A stretch of 64,000 nucleotides of DNA from Acidimicrobiia bacterium (GCA_965215185.1 OZ244034.1:2592001-2656000), one strand, 5' to 3'; positions 52,432-62,159 are shown, numbered from the stretch's first letter. Numbers and translations: made by a program. The notes: generated by a model not told the origin, from the letters alone.

Positions 52432-53457
52432 TCAATCCGGCGACTCGAACAACTCAACCTGCTGGGTCTGCCCAGTGAGCATGGCCCGCTCGATCAGCCG
52501 ACTCACGACGACCGAGATCGTCCCGTCCCTCAGTCCCGGGTTAGGATGATCACCGTCCAACACAGCTCGGGCGAAGCGATCGACAAGCTGGTCCATTCCC
52601 ACCGCGAACGGGTCCTCAACGTCGTCGACGAAGTGAACTGTTTCCGATACCGAGTTGTCGTGCAGGATCAGCCTACGCCCGTGGTCGAATACAGTGGCAT
52701 TCACTCCCCGACCAGCGGACTGGAATGACCATACCGACAGGAGCCCACTTTTGCCCGCGGTTCCGTGAACCACCGAAGCGATTGCCCCATTTTCGAAGAG
52801 AATCGTTGCCACCGTGTTATCCGGGTCCGAGAGGCCTTCGATGGCGAGGGCGCCGCCTTCTGCTCCGATTCGAACCGGTTCGCTTCTTGAGAGGAACCGC
52901 ACCACGTCGACGGAGTGGACCAACGAGCTCATCAGTCTCCCACCGCTCAAAGACCGGTCATTGACCCAGCCAGCGGTCTCCTGCTGCAGGTCGTAAAGAG
53001 TGTGAGCAGTCAGGACAATCGGATCGGGAACTGCGCGTCGGGCCCGCCGGATCGCCGGGGCGAATCTGAACTTGAAGCCCACCATGAGCGTGACTCCTGA
53101 ACGCGCAACAGCCTCTTCGATCCTCATGCAGTCATCAACGGAGGTTGCCATCGGTTTTTCCACAAGAATGTGCTTGCCTGCCTCAGCTGCCCCAATAGCG
53201 ATCTCCGCGTGGGTATGGGTAGTGGTTGCGATCACCACGCCGTCGATGTCAGGCCTCGCCATGACGCTCTTCCAGTTCGGCGACCATTCGTCGACTCCGG
53301 TTGCTTCGGACAGAGAAGCGGCGCGTCCGATGTTCCTGTCACAGCACACGACAAGATCCGCGTGAGGCGACCTAAAGGCGGCCTGAGCGTGGTAGGCCCC
53401 CTGGAAGCCACAACCGATCAACGCCAACCGAGCCTTGCCCGGCAGGGTGGCTTTCAT
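52432..53457 (-). CDS. Gfo/Idh/MocA-family oxidoreductase
   Basis: IGCG, HILVEKP, HSVD. Confidence 0.88.
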   Translation of the reverse strand: MKATLPGKARLALIGCGFQGAYHAQAAFRSPHADLVVCCDRNIGRAASLSEATGVDEWSPNWKSVMARPDIDGVVIATTTHTHAEIAIGAAEAGKHILVEKPMATSVDDCMRIEEAVARSGVTLMVGFKFRFAPAIRRARRAVPDPIVLTAHTLYDLQQETAGWVNDRSLSGGRLMSSLVHSVDVVRFLSRSEPVRIGAEGGALAIEGLSDPDNTVATILFENGAIASVVHGTAGKSGLLSVWSFQSAGRGVNATVFDHGRRLILHDNSVSETVHFVDDVEDPFAVGMDQLVDRFARAVLDGDHPNPGLRDGTISVVVSRLIERAMLTGQTQQVELFESPD

Positions 53458-54743
53458 GGAGATCTATCACCCAAGGCGCTGGATGCCTTGGAGTCCAACA
53501 CTTTCGAGTCGCTGCTGTCGGGAGCTTTTACGAGTACACCGCTTTTCCACACATGCGTGATCGAAGAGGCATCTTCGAGGACGGTGATCTTCTCCAAGGG
53601 ATTGGCTGACACCGCTATCACGTCTGCCCGAGCGCCTCTCTCGAGCACACCTTCCGATTCGGCCTGGGCGCCTACAGTGAGGGGCCCGTGTGCAGTGGCG
53701 GCCTGGATCGCCGCTCGCTGAGTCATGCCCAACTCAACGAGAAGGGAGAGTTCTCTGCCGTTGCGGCCCCACATGTCACCACTGGTGATGATGTCGGTGC
53801 CTGCTGCGATCTTTACGCCGGCCGCCAGAGCATGCTGTATGGCCTCGGCGCCCCGACGGTAAGTGATCTCCAGTTTCCGTCGGGCGAAATCAGGTAACTC
53901 CACGAGCGAGTCCTCGGACAGCAACGCTTCGCCTATGAAACGCGTCGAGACCAGGATCGTGCCGGAGTCCGCCATAGCTCGAGCACTTTCGGAGTCGAGG
54001 AAGGTCCCATGCTCAATGGTCCGAACCCCCGCCCTGACGGCCGCCATAATGCCGGCTTTGCCATGGCAGTGAGCCGCCACTACACGATCAGCCCGCCCTG
54101 CCTCCTCGACTATGGCTGCCAATTCCTCGGGAGAGAACTGCGGGTGTTCCGGCTTGTCCAGTTCGCTGACCACTCCACCGGTTGCGCATACCTTGATGAC
54201 TCTGGCGCCTTTCCTCAGCTGCCTGCGCACTCCCCTGAGACATTCCGGCACCCCATCGCAGAGTTCGAGGTCGGGCAGTGACCGGGACGACGCAACGAAG
54301 TCGAGCGGGAGGGAGTGGAGATCTCCATGCCCACCTGTCATCGAAAGCATCGCTCCCGAGCCATAGATATGGGGGCCGACCAGTATTCCTTCCTCAACGG
54401 CTGCCGCCAGATCAACTCCTAGGCCGCCGACTTCGCGAAGGCTGGTGAAGCCGGCCTTCAACGCCTGTCTGGCGTCCTCGGCGCCGCGCAAACCACGTTT
54501 GACAATTGGTTCCGTCACCAGTTCTCTGAGGTTTACCGACCTTATTCCAAAGAAATGGCAGTGGCTGTCCCAGAGGCCGGGCATGAGCACGGGCACCCTG
54601 GTCGTCTCATCTCCGGGTGGGGCGGTGGCCTGGGGCCCCGCATAGACGATTCGATCGCCCTTGATGACCAAAGACCCGTCTGTTATGGGCGCGTCCGTGC
54701 CGTGGATCAGGGTTTCGGCGTCGATTCGCTGCGAAACACCCAT
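53454..54743 (-). CDS. Amidohydrolase (Xaa-Pro dipeptidase-like subgroup)
   Basis: PGLWDSHCH, GGHGD, IKVCATGG, AHCHG, IEHG, AGTD. Confidence 0.88.
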   Translation of the reverse strand: MGVSQRIDAETLIHGTDAPITDGSLVIKGDRIVYAGPQATAPPGDETTRVPVLMPGLWDSHCHFFGIRSVNLRELVTEPIVKRGLRGAEDARQALKAGFTSLREVGGLGVDLAAAVEEGILVGPHIYGSGAMLSMTGGHGDLHSLPLDFVASSRSLPDLELCDGVPECLRGVRRQLRKGARVIKVCATGGVVSELDKPEHPQFSPEELAAIVEEAGRADRVVAAHCHGKAGIMAAVRAGVRTIEHGTFLDSESARAMADSGTILVSTRFIGEALLSEDSLVELPDFARRKLEITYRRGAEAIQHALAAGVKIAAGTDIITSGDMWGRNGRELSLLVELGMTQRAAIQAATAHGPLTVGAQAESEGVLERGARADVIAVSANPLEKITVLEDASSITHVWKSGVLVKAPDSSDSKVLDSKASSALGDRSP

Positions 54744-54768
54744 CTCTAGTGGGACTCTTCCACGCTGC

Positions 54769-56373
54769 TCATGGGTCGAGCAACTTCCCGGAGCGGGATC
54801 CAGTAATCGTGTCTTGCCTAACTGCTTGCTGACCGTTCACCATGACGAATTCGATGCCCGACGGATGGCGTGCAGGAGCCTCGGGACTACTCCGGTCCCG
54901 GAGAGATTCGGAGTCGAAGACGACGATGTCGGCGAACCCACCTACTTTGATCACCCCTCGATCGGTGAGTCCCAGCGAAGACGCAGGCAGTGAGGTCATG
55001 CGCCGAACAGCCTCTTGTATCGAGAACAACCCTACGTTCCTCACGTAATGCTCGATGACCCTCGCCACGTACCCGTATGACGAGGCATTCCACACGAGAG
55101 GACAACTGTCGTCCTCACCAGCCGTGACGACACCGTCGCTCTCGATGCTGCAGTAGGGGAGCGACAGCACCCGTCGGAGGTCCTCCTCAGTGGCGTAGAT
55201 ATGCCGTATGGCGACCGAACGAAGCTGGCCTTGCGCTGCTAGCAGAATGTCACAGCAAGCATCCGAAACGCTTCGACCGGTCGCGTTTGCAATCTTGGGC
55301 AAACACATGCCTGTCAATCCCGGATCGGCCGGAGTGTCCGCGATATAGATCTCCTCGTAGCCGGCGACTCTGGCAAGGAATCCGGGCGCCGACTCGAAAT
55401 GGTTACCGATCGCCGAGCGTGCCCTCTCGGACGCCAAGCGCGCGAGCGCTTGATCCGTAGAACCCTCCAGAGCCCATCCCGGGAATAAATCGATCAAGAG
55501 CGCCGGCCCCCAAATCTCGGGGAAGGTGTCCACCCCGATCTGCTCTCCATCCACCACCGCCTCGGAAACGAGGCGGAAAGCCTCCTCGCTGGAATCCTGT
55601 GGTGCGTTCGGTCTCGATGCGAAGTGCGAGAGTTGCAGACGCGCTCCCGAACCTCGGAAGGTGCTGAGGGCCTCGGTAGTTGCCTCTGCGTGTTCTTCGG
55701 CCCGCCCACGAATATGCGTAGCGTACAGCCGTGACCGAGCGCCGACTTCGGCAACCAATGGCTTGAGCTCGTCCTGGTGGGCCCACATACCTGGCTGGTA
55801 CTCCAGTCCCGTGGACATCCCGAAGGCACCCTCATCGAGACACCGAGAGAGGAGTTCTCGCATCTGACGAAGCTCGGCCGCGTTGGGCTGCATCGCCTCC
55901 ATACCCATCACTGCGTTGCGGAGGGCCCCATGGGGCACCAGCGGCGCGACGTTGATTGCCGTCGCATGGAGTCGGGCTGCGTACTCTCCAAAACTTGACC
56001 AGTCGACTGTGACATTCCACTCTGGTGAGTATCCGAACGCAACTGTGCCCACTTGGTCCCGGTGGCGCAAGGGAGCTACTCCTCCACCGCAGTTACCCGT
56101 CGCGATGGTGGTGATGCCCTGTCGGAGAGCACTGTCTGCCGACGGGTAGGCCAGAAGCGTGAAGTCGGCATGAGAGTGCAGGTCGATGAAACCTGGACAG
56201 ACGGTCATTCCTTTAAGCTGGACAACGCGGACCCCTTCCGAGACCGGCAAGTGAGGGCCGAGCGCTACGATTCGCTCCCCCTCAATTAATACATCTTGGA
56301 CCAGTGGTGCAACTCCGGTTCCGTCCACGACCATGCCGCCTTTCAGCAGCCATCGTTCAGTCACGGTTCGCAT
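54769..56373 (-). CDS. N-acyl-D-amino-acid deacylase (D-aminoacylase family)
   Basis: PGFIDLHSH, QGITT...GNCG, GMSTGL.Y.PG, HIR, MTSLPA. Confidence 0.85.
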   Translation of the reverse strand: MRTVTERWLLKGGMVVDGTGVAPLVQDVLIEGERIVALGPHLPVSEGVRVVQLKGMTVCPGFIDLHSHADFTLLAYPSADSALRQGITTIATGNCGGGVAPLRHRDQVGTVAFGYSPEWNVTVDWSSFGEYAARLHATAINVAPLVPHGALRNAVMGMEAMQPNAAELRQMRELLSRCLDEGAFGMSTGLEYQPGMWAHQDELKPLVAEVGARSRLYATHIRGRAEEHAEATTEALSTFRGSGARLQLSHFASRPNAPQDSSEEAFRLVSEAVVDGEQIGVDTFPEIWGPALLIDLFPGWALEGSTDQALARLASERARSAIGNHFESAPGFLARVAGYEEIYIADTPADPGLTGMCLPKIANATGRSVSDACCDILLAAQGQLRSVAIRHIYATEEDLRRVLSLPYCSIESDGVVTAGEDDSCPLVWNASSYGYVARVIEHYVRNVGLFSIQEAVRRMTSLPASSLGLTDRGVIKVGGFADIVVFDSESLRDRSSPEAPARHPSGIEFVMVNGQQAVRQDTITGSRSGKLLDP

Positions 56374-57409
56374 CCTCGCGGAACTCGAAGGCTTTGATGA
56401 TCTCTTGCTCCGATGACCAGTTGCCGGTGATCAGAAGCCCGATGCGCTCACCAGGGATCGATTCTCCAAAGCGTTCCAGTGCCGCGATTGGTGAAGCTGC
56501 GGCACCCTCCAGCGCCATCCCTGTGCAGAAGAGTGCCAGCGCCATAGCTCGGTAAAGGTCATCTTCCTGGACGAGTGCGATCGTATCGAGGTACTCGATC
56601 ATCACTGCCAGGGCCAACTCTCCGGGACGCGTAGTAGCCAGGCCGCCAGCGAACGTCAGACACTCGGACTCGACTATCTCTCCACCGAGCCAGCTCTGGG
56701 TTGCTCCACTGGCTGCCGTCGATTGCACACCAATAATCCCGGTTTTTGATCGGCGAAGCTCGCAGGCCAGCAATGACCCTGCGATCAGATTGCCACCTCC
56801 GATGGGCGCGATAACAGTGTCCAGATCGGAGTCGGATTCGAGAATCTCCAAGAGCACTGTTGAAGCTCCTGCCATCAGGTCGCCACTTTCACCATCCTCA
56901 ATGTATGAAATGCCATTGCCCGCGATTCCAGCAGCGGCCTGTTGGGCTTGCCCGAGGTGTTCACCTTCGATGCGAATCTCGGCCCCGAGACCGCGCATCG
57001 CTTGGAGCTTCTCCTTAGCGGTGCCTTCCGGTGCATAGACCACTGTCTTGAGACCGTAAAGAGAGGCGGCGAACGCGACACCCTGTCCGTGATTGCCCGT
57101 CGAAGCTGTTACTACCGTGTGAGCTCCCGATTCCTCGGATATCCGACGGAGGGCAACGAGGGCTCCCCGGTGCTTGAACGAGCGGATGGGGGAAGCAAAC
57201 TCGAGCTTCATGTAGATCTGGCGACCGTAGCGAGCAGAAAGCGACTGTGATAGCACAAGGGGAGTGGGCCGCTGGTGACTGCCAATCACCATCTCGGCAA
57301 CTCTCAACTCTTCCGGCTGTGGAACCGGGGAGTCGGGCCACGTTCTGGAGATCGGCCGTCTGTGATAGGTACCAGGACCACGATTCTTCGATGACGGTCC
57401 CATGCTCAC
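56357..57409 (-). CDS. Fold-type II PLP enzyme (threonine dehydratase/serine racemase family)
   Basis: KLE...SFK.RG, ASTGNHG, PIGGGNL; exact start uncertain. Confidence 0.85.
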   Translation of the reverse strand: MSMGPSSKNRGPGTYHRRPISRTWPDSPVPQPEELRVAEMVIGSHQRPTPLVLSQSLSARYGRQIYMKLEFASPIRSFKHRGALVALRRISEESGAHTVVTASTGNHGQGVAFAASLYGLKTVVYAPEGTAKEKLQAMRGLGAEIRIEGEHLGQAQQAAAGIAGNGISYIEDGESGDLMAGASTVLLEILESDSDLDTVIAPIGGGNLIAGSLLACELRRSKTGIIGVQSTAASGATQSWLGGEIVESECLTFAGGLATTRPGELALAVMIEYLDTIALVQEDDLYRAMALALFCTGMALEGAAASPIAALERFGESIPGERIGLLITGNWSSEQEIIKAFEFREDANRD

Positions 57410-58632
57410 CGGCGCGTGGCGGCTAGGACGGACAGGACGTGGTCGATGTCGGCGGTGGTGTGGTCGGCGTTGACTTGGAGGCGGATTTCTTCGTGGCCTC
57501 TGGGTACTACGGGATAGGTGAGGCCGGTTGCCAGGACGCCACTGTTAAAGAGGGCCGTGACCATTCGGCGGGTCTGGTTGGTGTCGCGTAGCATGAGGGG
57601 GACGATGGGGTGCTCACCGGGTATGATCTGGTATCCCAGCGCTACCAGGTTGGACTCGAGCCGGCGAGTGAGGTGTCTCAGCTGGCCTAGGAGCGTCTGC
57701 CCTTCGGGACTGTCCAGTATTCGTAGGGCGGTAAGGGCGGCGCTTGCTTCGGCGGCGGTGATCGGGTTGGAGTAGATGTAGAAGGGGGAGGTCTCCCGCA
57801 GGAAACGGATGACCGTGCTTGCAGAGACCACGTATCCTCCGTTGACTGCCAGGGCCTTTCCCAGGGTGCCGATGAGTATGTCGGCGGGCGGGCTGCCCGT
57901 GTGTTCTTCGGTGCCCCGGCCGGTGGGGCCGAAGGCGCCCACTCCGTGCGAGTCGTCTACGACCACCACCACGTTTTCGGGGAAGCTGTGATCGTGGCGA
58001 CGGGCGATGTCCATGATCTGGTCCAGTGGAGCGTGGTCTCCGCGCATGGAGAAGATGCCGTCGGTCACGACTATCGCCCGTTTTGCCCGCCCGGCCGCCT
58101 CGGCAAGTTGATGATCAAGAGCCGCCATGTCCAGATGCGGGTAGACGGACTTGCTTAGAGGCCGGGCGAGGCGGATGGCGTTGATTATGGAGTTGTGGTT
58201 GAGTTCGTCGGAGATCACTGTGGTGGTCGGGTCGATGAGGGAAACCAGGGTTCCTAGCACGGCGGCGTAGGCGGAGGAGAAGATCATCCCTTCCTCTCGC
58301 CCGTGGAAGGCGGCCAAGCCATGCTCCAGTTTCACATGGGGAGTGTGGGTCCCCACGATGAACCGCACCCCTCCGGGTCCGGTTCCCATCGCCCGGGCGG
58401 TGACCTGTTGAGCCCGGATCACTTCGGGATGCAACGCCAACCCCAGGTAGGAGTTGGAGTTCATCCGGATGAAAGCACGGTTCCCGTGGCCCTCAAGCAA
58501 GTATCTGGGGCCTCGCTCCCTCTCGGGACCGACGACCTGTCTTACCACCAGTTCCCCGCCCTTGGCCATCCCCTGTTCATCAAGGCGGGTGACATGGCGG
58601 TCAAGTTCATCGATCAATCGGTCCAGCGGCAT
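57406..58632 (-). CDS. Alpha-oxoamine synthase, probably 2-amino-3-ketobutyrate CoA ligase (Kbl-like)
   Basis: SNSYLGL, VRFI.GT, SDELNH.SII, DG.FSM.G, DDSH, GTLGKA. Confidence 0.85.
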   Translation of the reverse strand: MPLDRLIDELDRHVTRLDEQGMAKGGELVVRQVVGPERERGPRYLLEGHGNRAFIRMNSNSYLGLALHPEVIRAQQVTARAMGTGPGGVRFIVGTHTPHVKLEHGLAAFHGREEGMIFSSAYAAVLGTLVSLIDPTTTVISDELNHNSIINAIRLARPLSKSVYPHLDMAALDHQLAEAAGRAKRAIVVTDGIFSMRGDHAPLDQIMDIARRHDHSFPENVVVVVDDSHGVGAFGPTGRGTEEHTGSPPADILIGTLGKALAVNGGYVVSASTVIRFLRETSPFYIYSNPITAAEASAALTALRILDSPEGQTLLGQLRHLTRRLESNLVALGYQIIPGEHPIVPLMLRDTNQTRRMVTALFNSGVLATGLTYPVVPRGHEEIRLQVNADHTTADIDHVLSVLAATRR

Positions 58633-58739
58633 TCAAAGCCTCGTGGTAGTAAACCCTTTCAAATGTTATAGGCGTTGGCCGAAAATTCCGGGCCTCCAAA
58701 AAACGTGTATCGCGCCTGTATCTTGGCTTCCGTGCCTGG

Positions 58740-58845
58740 GATTGTCTTCTCAGAAGCCCTGGGCGATGCACCATTTCATGACCGCGGCGGTGCGCTGTTT
58801 GACACGGTGGGCGGTTTCAGGTTCTGGTGCCAGATAGGGGTGGGA
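58740..58845 (-). pseudogene. Fragment of a second, diverged integrase copy
   Basis: PETAHRVKQRTAAVMKWCIAQGF vs PETARRVKQRIAAVMKWCIAQGF in 59558-60769. Confidence 0.8.
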
Positions 58846-58861
58846 AACGGCTCTAACGCTC

Positions 58862-59100
58862 GGCCCAATAGGGCAACTGCTACCACTACGCGATGTCCTG
58901 GAAATCACAAGCCTCAAGAAATCGCAACTGTACCGGCTAATGGCAGCTGGGGAGTTCCCAAAACCGCCCAAGATAGGATTCCGAACAGTCCGCTGGACTC
59001 TCGATTCGATCCTGGCCTGGGTCGAGAATCTGCCAGAGGCAACTTACACCAGCCCACCAGAAGACGAGGAACCGACACCCCACGGGACGAGACCAATGGT
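58862..59100 (+). pseudogene. AlpA-family regulator/excisionase, start codon lost
   Basis: The frame upstream of ATG 58940 reads LLPLRDVLEITSLKKSQLYRLMAAGEFPKPPKIGFRTVRW; in-frame TAG at 58835; 3' end uncertain. Confidence 0.75.
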
Positions 59101-59557
59101 GTCTAACCACACGCCAGCCGACCAAAACCAGCGCCCTCCAAACCGGATAGTGCCCACCTCCTGCAAGAGAGAAAGAACCTGCCCCCACCCGCACCGCTCC
59201 AGCACTGAAGTGCAGGGCGGCCTCTGTGTCCGGTCGTGTCACGTTAGTTGGCCGACTGGTGTCATTAGTGCCTTGCCTGTCGTTTTGCGACTCCCATACG
59301 GTTTGAAACATCATCAACACCGTGTTCATCTCCCCAATGGCTACTGCCCACTTTGACGGTTTGTCTTTTGTCGCTCTGATCATTTTGCCAAATTGAGTCG
59401 CCCCGGTTTTGTAGAGGGTTGGTTGTGAACAGCCCTGGGTGTCGAAGCTGTTAGGAAGAGTCGCCTTTTAGCGATCCCGATGACCCAACCTCTTTTGTTC
59501 CTTGACACAGCATCATCCTTGGGAGGCCGATTACCCGCGAGGGTGTTCCACGGCCTT

Positions 59558-60769
59558 CTACAACGTGCTACCAATCGAGCTGTCTGTCCCAATCGGTGCC
59601 ATGAAAAGGATTGAGGCTTCGCGGATGTTTAGGTAGCGGCTCCAGTTTTCCATCAGTTGGCGGCGTCTTTCCAGTAGGTCGGTTCGAGCGTAGGCTTTTT
59701 CTACAGCGTTTCGGATTTCGTGACCGAGGGCCCGTTCCGCGACTTCACGGCTAACACCGGTTTCTCCGCACCAGTCCCGAAACGAGCTTCTCATCCCGTG
59801 TGGCACACAACCCACATTGTTCTCTTTGCACAGTTTGCTCATAGTGGCGTTACTAGGCGGCCGTCCGGTAGGCGAGGGAAAAACCAGGCCATCCCCGCCG
59901 GACAGTTGGTGTGCGGTGTGGAGAACCGCCAGAGCCCCGCTGCTCAAAGGCACCCGGTGTATTTGCTGTGTTTTGGTGTGCTCGGCAGGGATTGTCCAGG
60001 TTGCTGTGGTGAGATCAATTTCTGTCCATGTGGCGTGTCTGACTTCACCGCTTCTGGTGGCGGTAAGGGTCAGGAATTTGAAAGCGGCGATCGTCGCCCA
60101 ATGGGCATCTGTTGTTTCGACGGTTCGAATGGCTGCGCCGACCTGGCTGTGGGGTAGGGCCTTCATGTGTTGGGGTCGTTGGGTGTTGGAACCTAGGGCG
60201 GCGGTGATACGGTCGTCGGCTGGGTTGTTCTCTCGGAACCCCTGGGCGATGCACCATTTCATCACCGCGGCGATCCGCTGTTTCACCCGGCGGGCCGTTT
60301 CGGGTTTTGGGTGCCATATGGGGGTGAGACAAGCCATGACGTTGGCGGTCGTGATTAGGTCCACCCGCCTTTTCCCAAGGTGAGGATAGGCATAGGTGTG
60401 GAGGGTTGACCGCCAGTGCTCTTCGGACCTGCCACCCGGTTTCCACTTGGCGGCGTGAAGCCGGATTACCTGTTCGGTCGCCTGGCGAAAGGTAGGTGCC
60501 TTGCGGGGGCGGGGGTTGCGGCCTTCTGCGATGGCTTGTCGGTTCCGGAGAGCCCGCCGGCGGGCTTCGGCGAGGGTGACTGCCGGGTAGCTACCCAGCC
60601 CCAGGTTGGTGTATCTGCCGTTGATCTGGTTTCGTTGCGCCCAGGTTTTGGAGAGTCGCCCCTGGATGTTGGTTGGTTTGACCAACAGGCTCAGTCCATG
60701 GCCGCCTCGGCCGTTGCCATAGCGTCCGGGTTGGGTCACTGTCCTAACGAAAGATGCTGTGAGTGTTGG
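59558..60769 (-). CDS. P4-like tyrosine integrase, interrupted after codon 4 by IS110 (first codons at 62040-62051)
   Basis: N-terminal arm-binding region (GLSLLV...LG.YP.VTLAEAR); catalytic R(SGE), K, HGMR, LGH, Y all present. Confidence 0.9.
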   Translation of the reverse strand, partial: PTLTASFVRTVTQPGRYGNGRGGHGLSLLVKPTNIQGRLSKTWAQRNQINGRYTNLGLGSYPAVTLAEARRRALRNRQAIAEGRNPRPRKAPTFRQATEQVIRLHAAKWKPGGRSEEHWRSTLHTYAYPHLGKRRVDLITTANVMACLTPIWHPKPETARRVKQRIAAVMKWCIAQGFRENNPADDRITAALGSNTQRPQHMKALPHSQVGAAIRTVETTDAHWATIAAFKFLTLTATRSGEVRHATWTEIDLTTATWTIPAEHTKTQQIHRVPLSSGALAVLHTAHQLSGGDGLVFPSPTGRPPSNATMSKLCKENNVGCVPHGMRSSFRDWCGETGVSREVAERALGHEIRNAVEKAYARTDLLERRRQLMENWSRYLNIREASILFMAPIGTDSSIGSTL

Positions 60770-60776
60770 TGAGCTC

Positions 60777-61805
60777 CTATGTCAAAATCGGGGTTGGTTT
60801 TGGTGGTTGGAGGTGGGTCCAGATGCGGTCTGAGATTCGGCGTTTGAGGACGCGTATGGCGTCTCTGTGGGTCTTTCCTCGGGTGATGAGTTTCTGGTAG
60901 TAGCGGCGGCCTTCGCTGTCTGCGCGGGCGATCTGGGTCAAAGCGGCGGTGTGGATGGCCCGGTTTAGTTGGCGGTTCCCACCCCGGTTGAGTCGATGGC
61001 GTACTACTCGTCCGCTGCTGGCTTCGATGGGTGCGGTGCCGTTGGCCATGGCGAACTTGTCTTTGGTCGCATAGCGGTGTGGGTTGCCCACCTCCGAAAG
61101 GATGGTGGCAGCGACCAGTACACCCACCCCGTGAATGTCTAGTAGACGGGTTTCGGATTGGTCGACCAGTGTTTTGATCTCGGCGGTGAGTTGTTTGATC
61201 TCGGTGTCCAGTTGTCGCAGTCTTCGGATGCGTTGTTTGGCTACCCGCCCGTGGGGGGTGGTGTCCCGCCAACACAGTTTCATGGCCTGGTCGAGGGCTT
61301 TTCGGGTGGTGAGCCGGGGAATGTTCTGGTGGTAGCCTGGTCGGAGTTTCCCCAGGTCGGCGTGGAGCCGGTTGGCCTGGGCGGTGCGGTCTTCTACCAG
61401 TTCACGGCGGTATGAGACCAGCACACGGAGGTCTTCGGTGTCCTCCCAAAACGTCGGCGGGGCGAGCGTGTTGTCTCGGAGAGCGACCCTGGCGATCACC
61501 CAAGCGTCGACCTGGTCGGTTTTGGTCTGGGTACGGCCCCGGCGCCGGACCTGGGCGGTCAGCTGCGGTGGAACCTCCCGGATGTCCAGACCAGCGGCCA
61601 TAGCGGCGACCGCGGCTGGGCGGCCGAACGTGCCGGACCCCTCGACCGCTACCCTGGCGGCGTTGGTGGTGTGAGCCCAATCTATGAGTTGACGGTGACC
61701 AGTAGGGGTGTTAGCGATGGTCCGGTACTCCAGGGCGGTGCCCAGGTGGTCTACCAAACAGGCAGAAAGGGTATCCTTGTGCGAGTCGATCCCGATAACG
61801 AACAT
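60777..61805 (-). CDS. IS110-family DEDD recombinase/transposase
   Basis: GID, VEG, KTDQVD (DEDD), ASSG catalytic serine, GGNRQL. Confidence 0.95.
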   Translation of the reverse strand: MFVIGIDSHKDTLSACLVDHLGTALEYRTIANTPTGHRQLIDWAHTTNAARVAVEGSGTFGRPAAVAAMAAGLDIREVPPQLTAQVRRRGRTQTKTDQVDAWVIARVALRDNTLAPPTFWEDTEDLRVLVSYRRELVEDRTAQANRLHADLGKLRPGYHQNIPRLTTRKALDQAMKLCWRDTTPHGRVAKQRIRRLRQLDTEIKQLTAEIKTLVDQSETRLLDIHGVGVLVAATILSEVGNPHRYATKDKFAMANGTAPIEASSGRVVRHRLNRGGNRQLNRAIHTAALTQIARADSEGRRYYQKLITRGKTHRDAIRVLKRRISDRIWTHLQPPKPTPILT

Positions 61806-61848
61806 GGTTCAATCCTCCAATTTCGGGGGTTTGCGGGAGCGGCAGAAG

Positions 61849-62017
61849 GCTCGGCGAAGCGCATCCATGCGTCGAAACAACACCCCCACAGGGGGCAGAT
61901 ACAAGTCACGCTCCTATCAAGCGACAACACCGAGCGGGCAACCGGTGGGGAGACACTCACTAACTAAGCCACCACAATGGGGCAGGGTCGTTTGGAGTCA
62001 TCCCCACCGGCACTGCC
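61849..62017 (-). ncRNA. Predicted IS110 bridge RNA
   Basis: Two stem-enclosed internal loops (ccggtgggga/tccccaccgg; gctcgg/ccgagc) containing matches to target and donor sequences. Confidence 0.8.
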
Positions 62018-62159
62018 ACACCCCAACATATAACACGCATGGTCGTTTCACCCCTGCTTCTCCCTTTCGGCTAACCCAGAGAAGGTCCGGTACCGCCGAT
62101 TACTCCGATGGGTTACTTCGATAGTTATCAACATTGCAATGCGATTAGGTGCAACCCTA

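Larger units (their letters stand above)
60770..62041 (-). mobile_element. IS110-family insertion sequence (~1.27 kb) with CA core at both ends
   Basis: No terminal inverted repeats; CA (- strand) at 62041-62040 and 60771-60770; removal gives GTG AAA CGA CCA CCA ACA CTC in the integrase frame. Confidence 0.88.
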
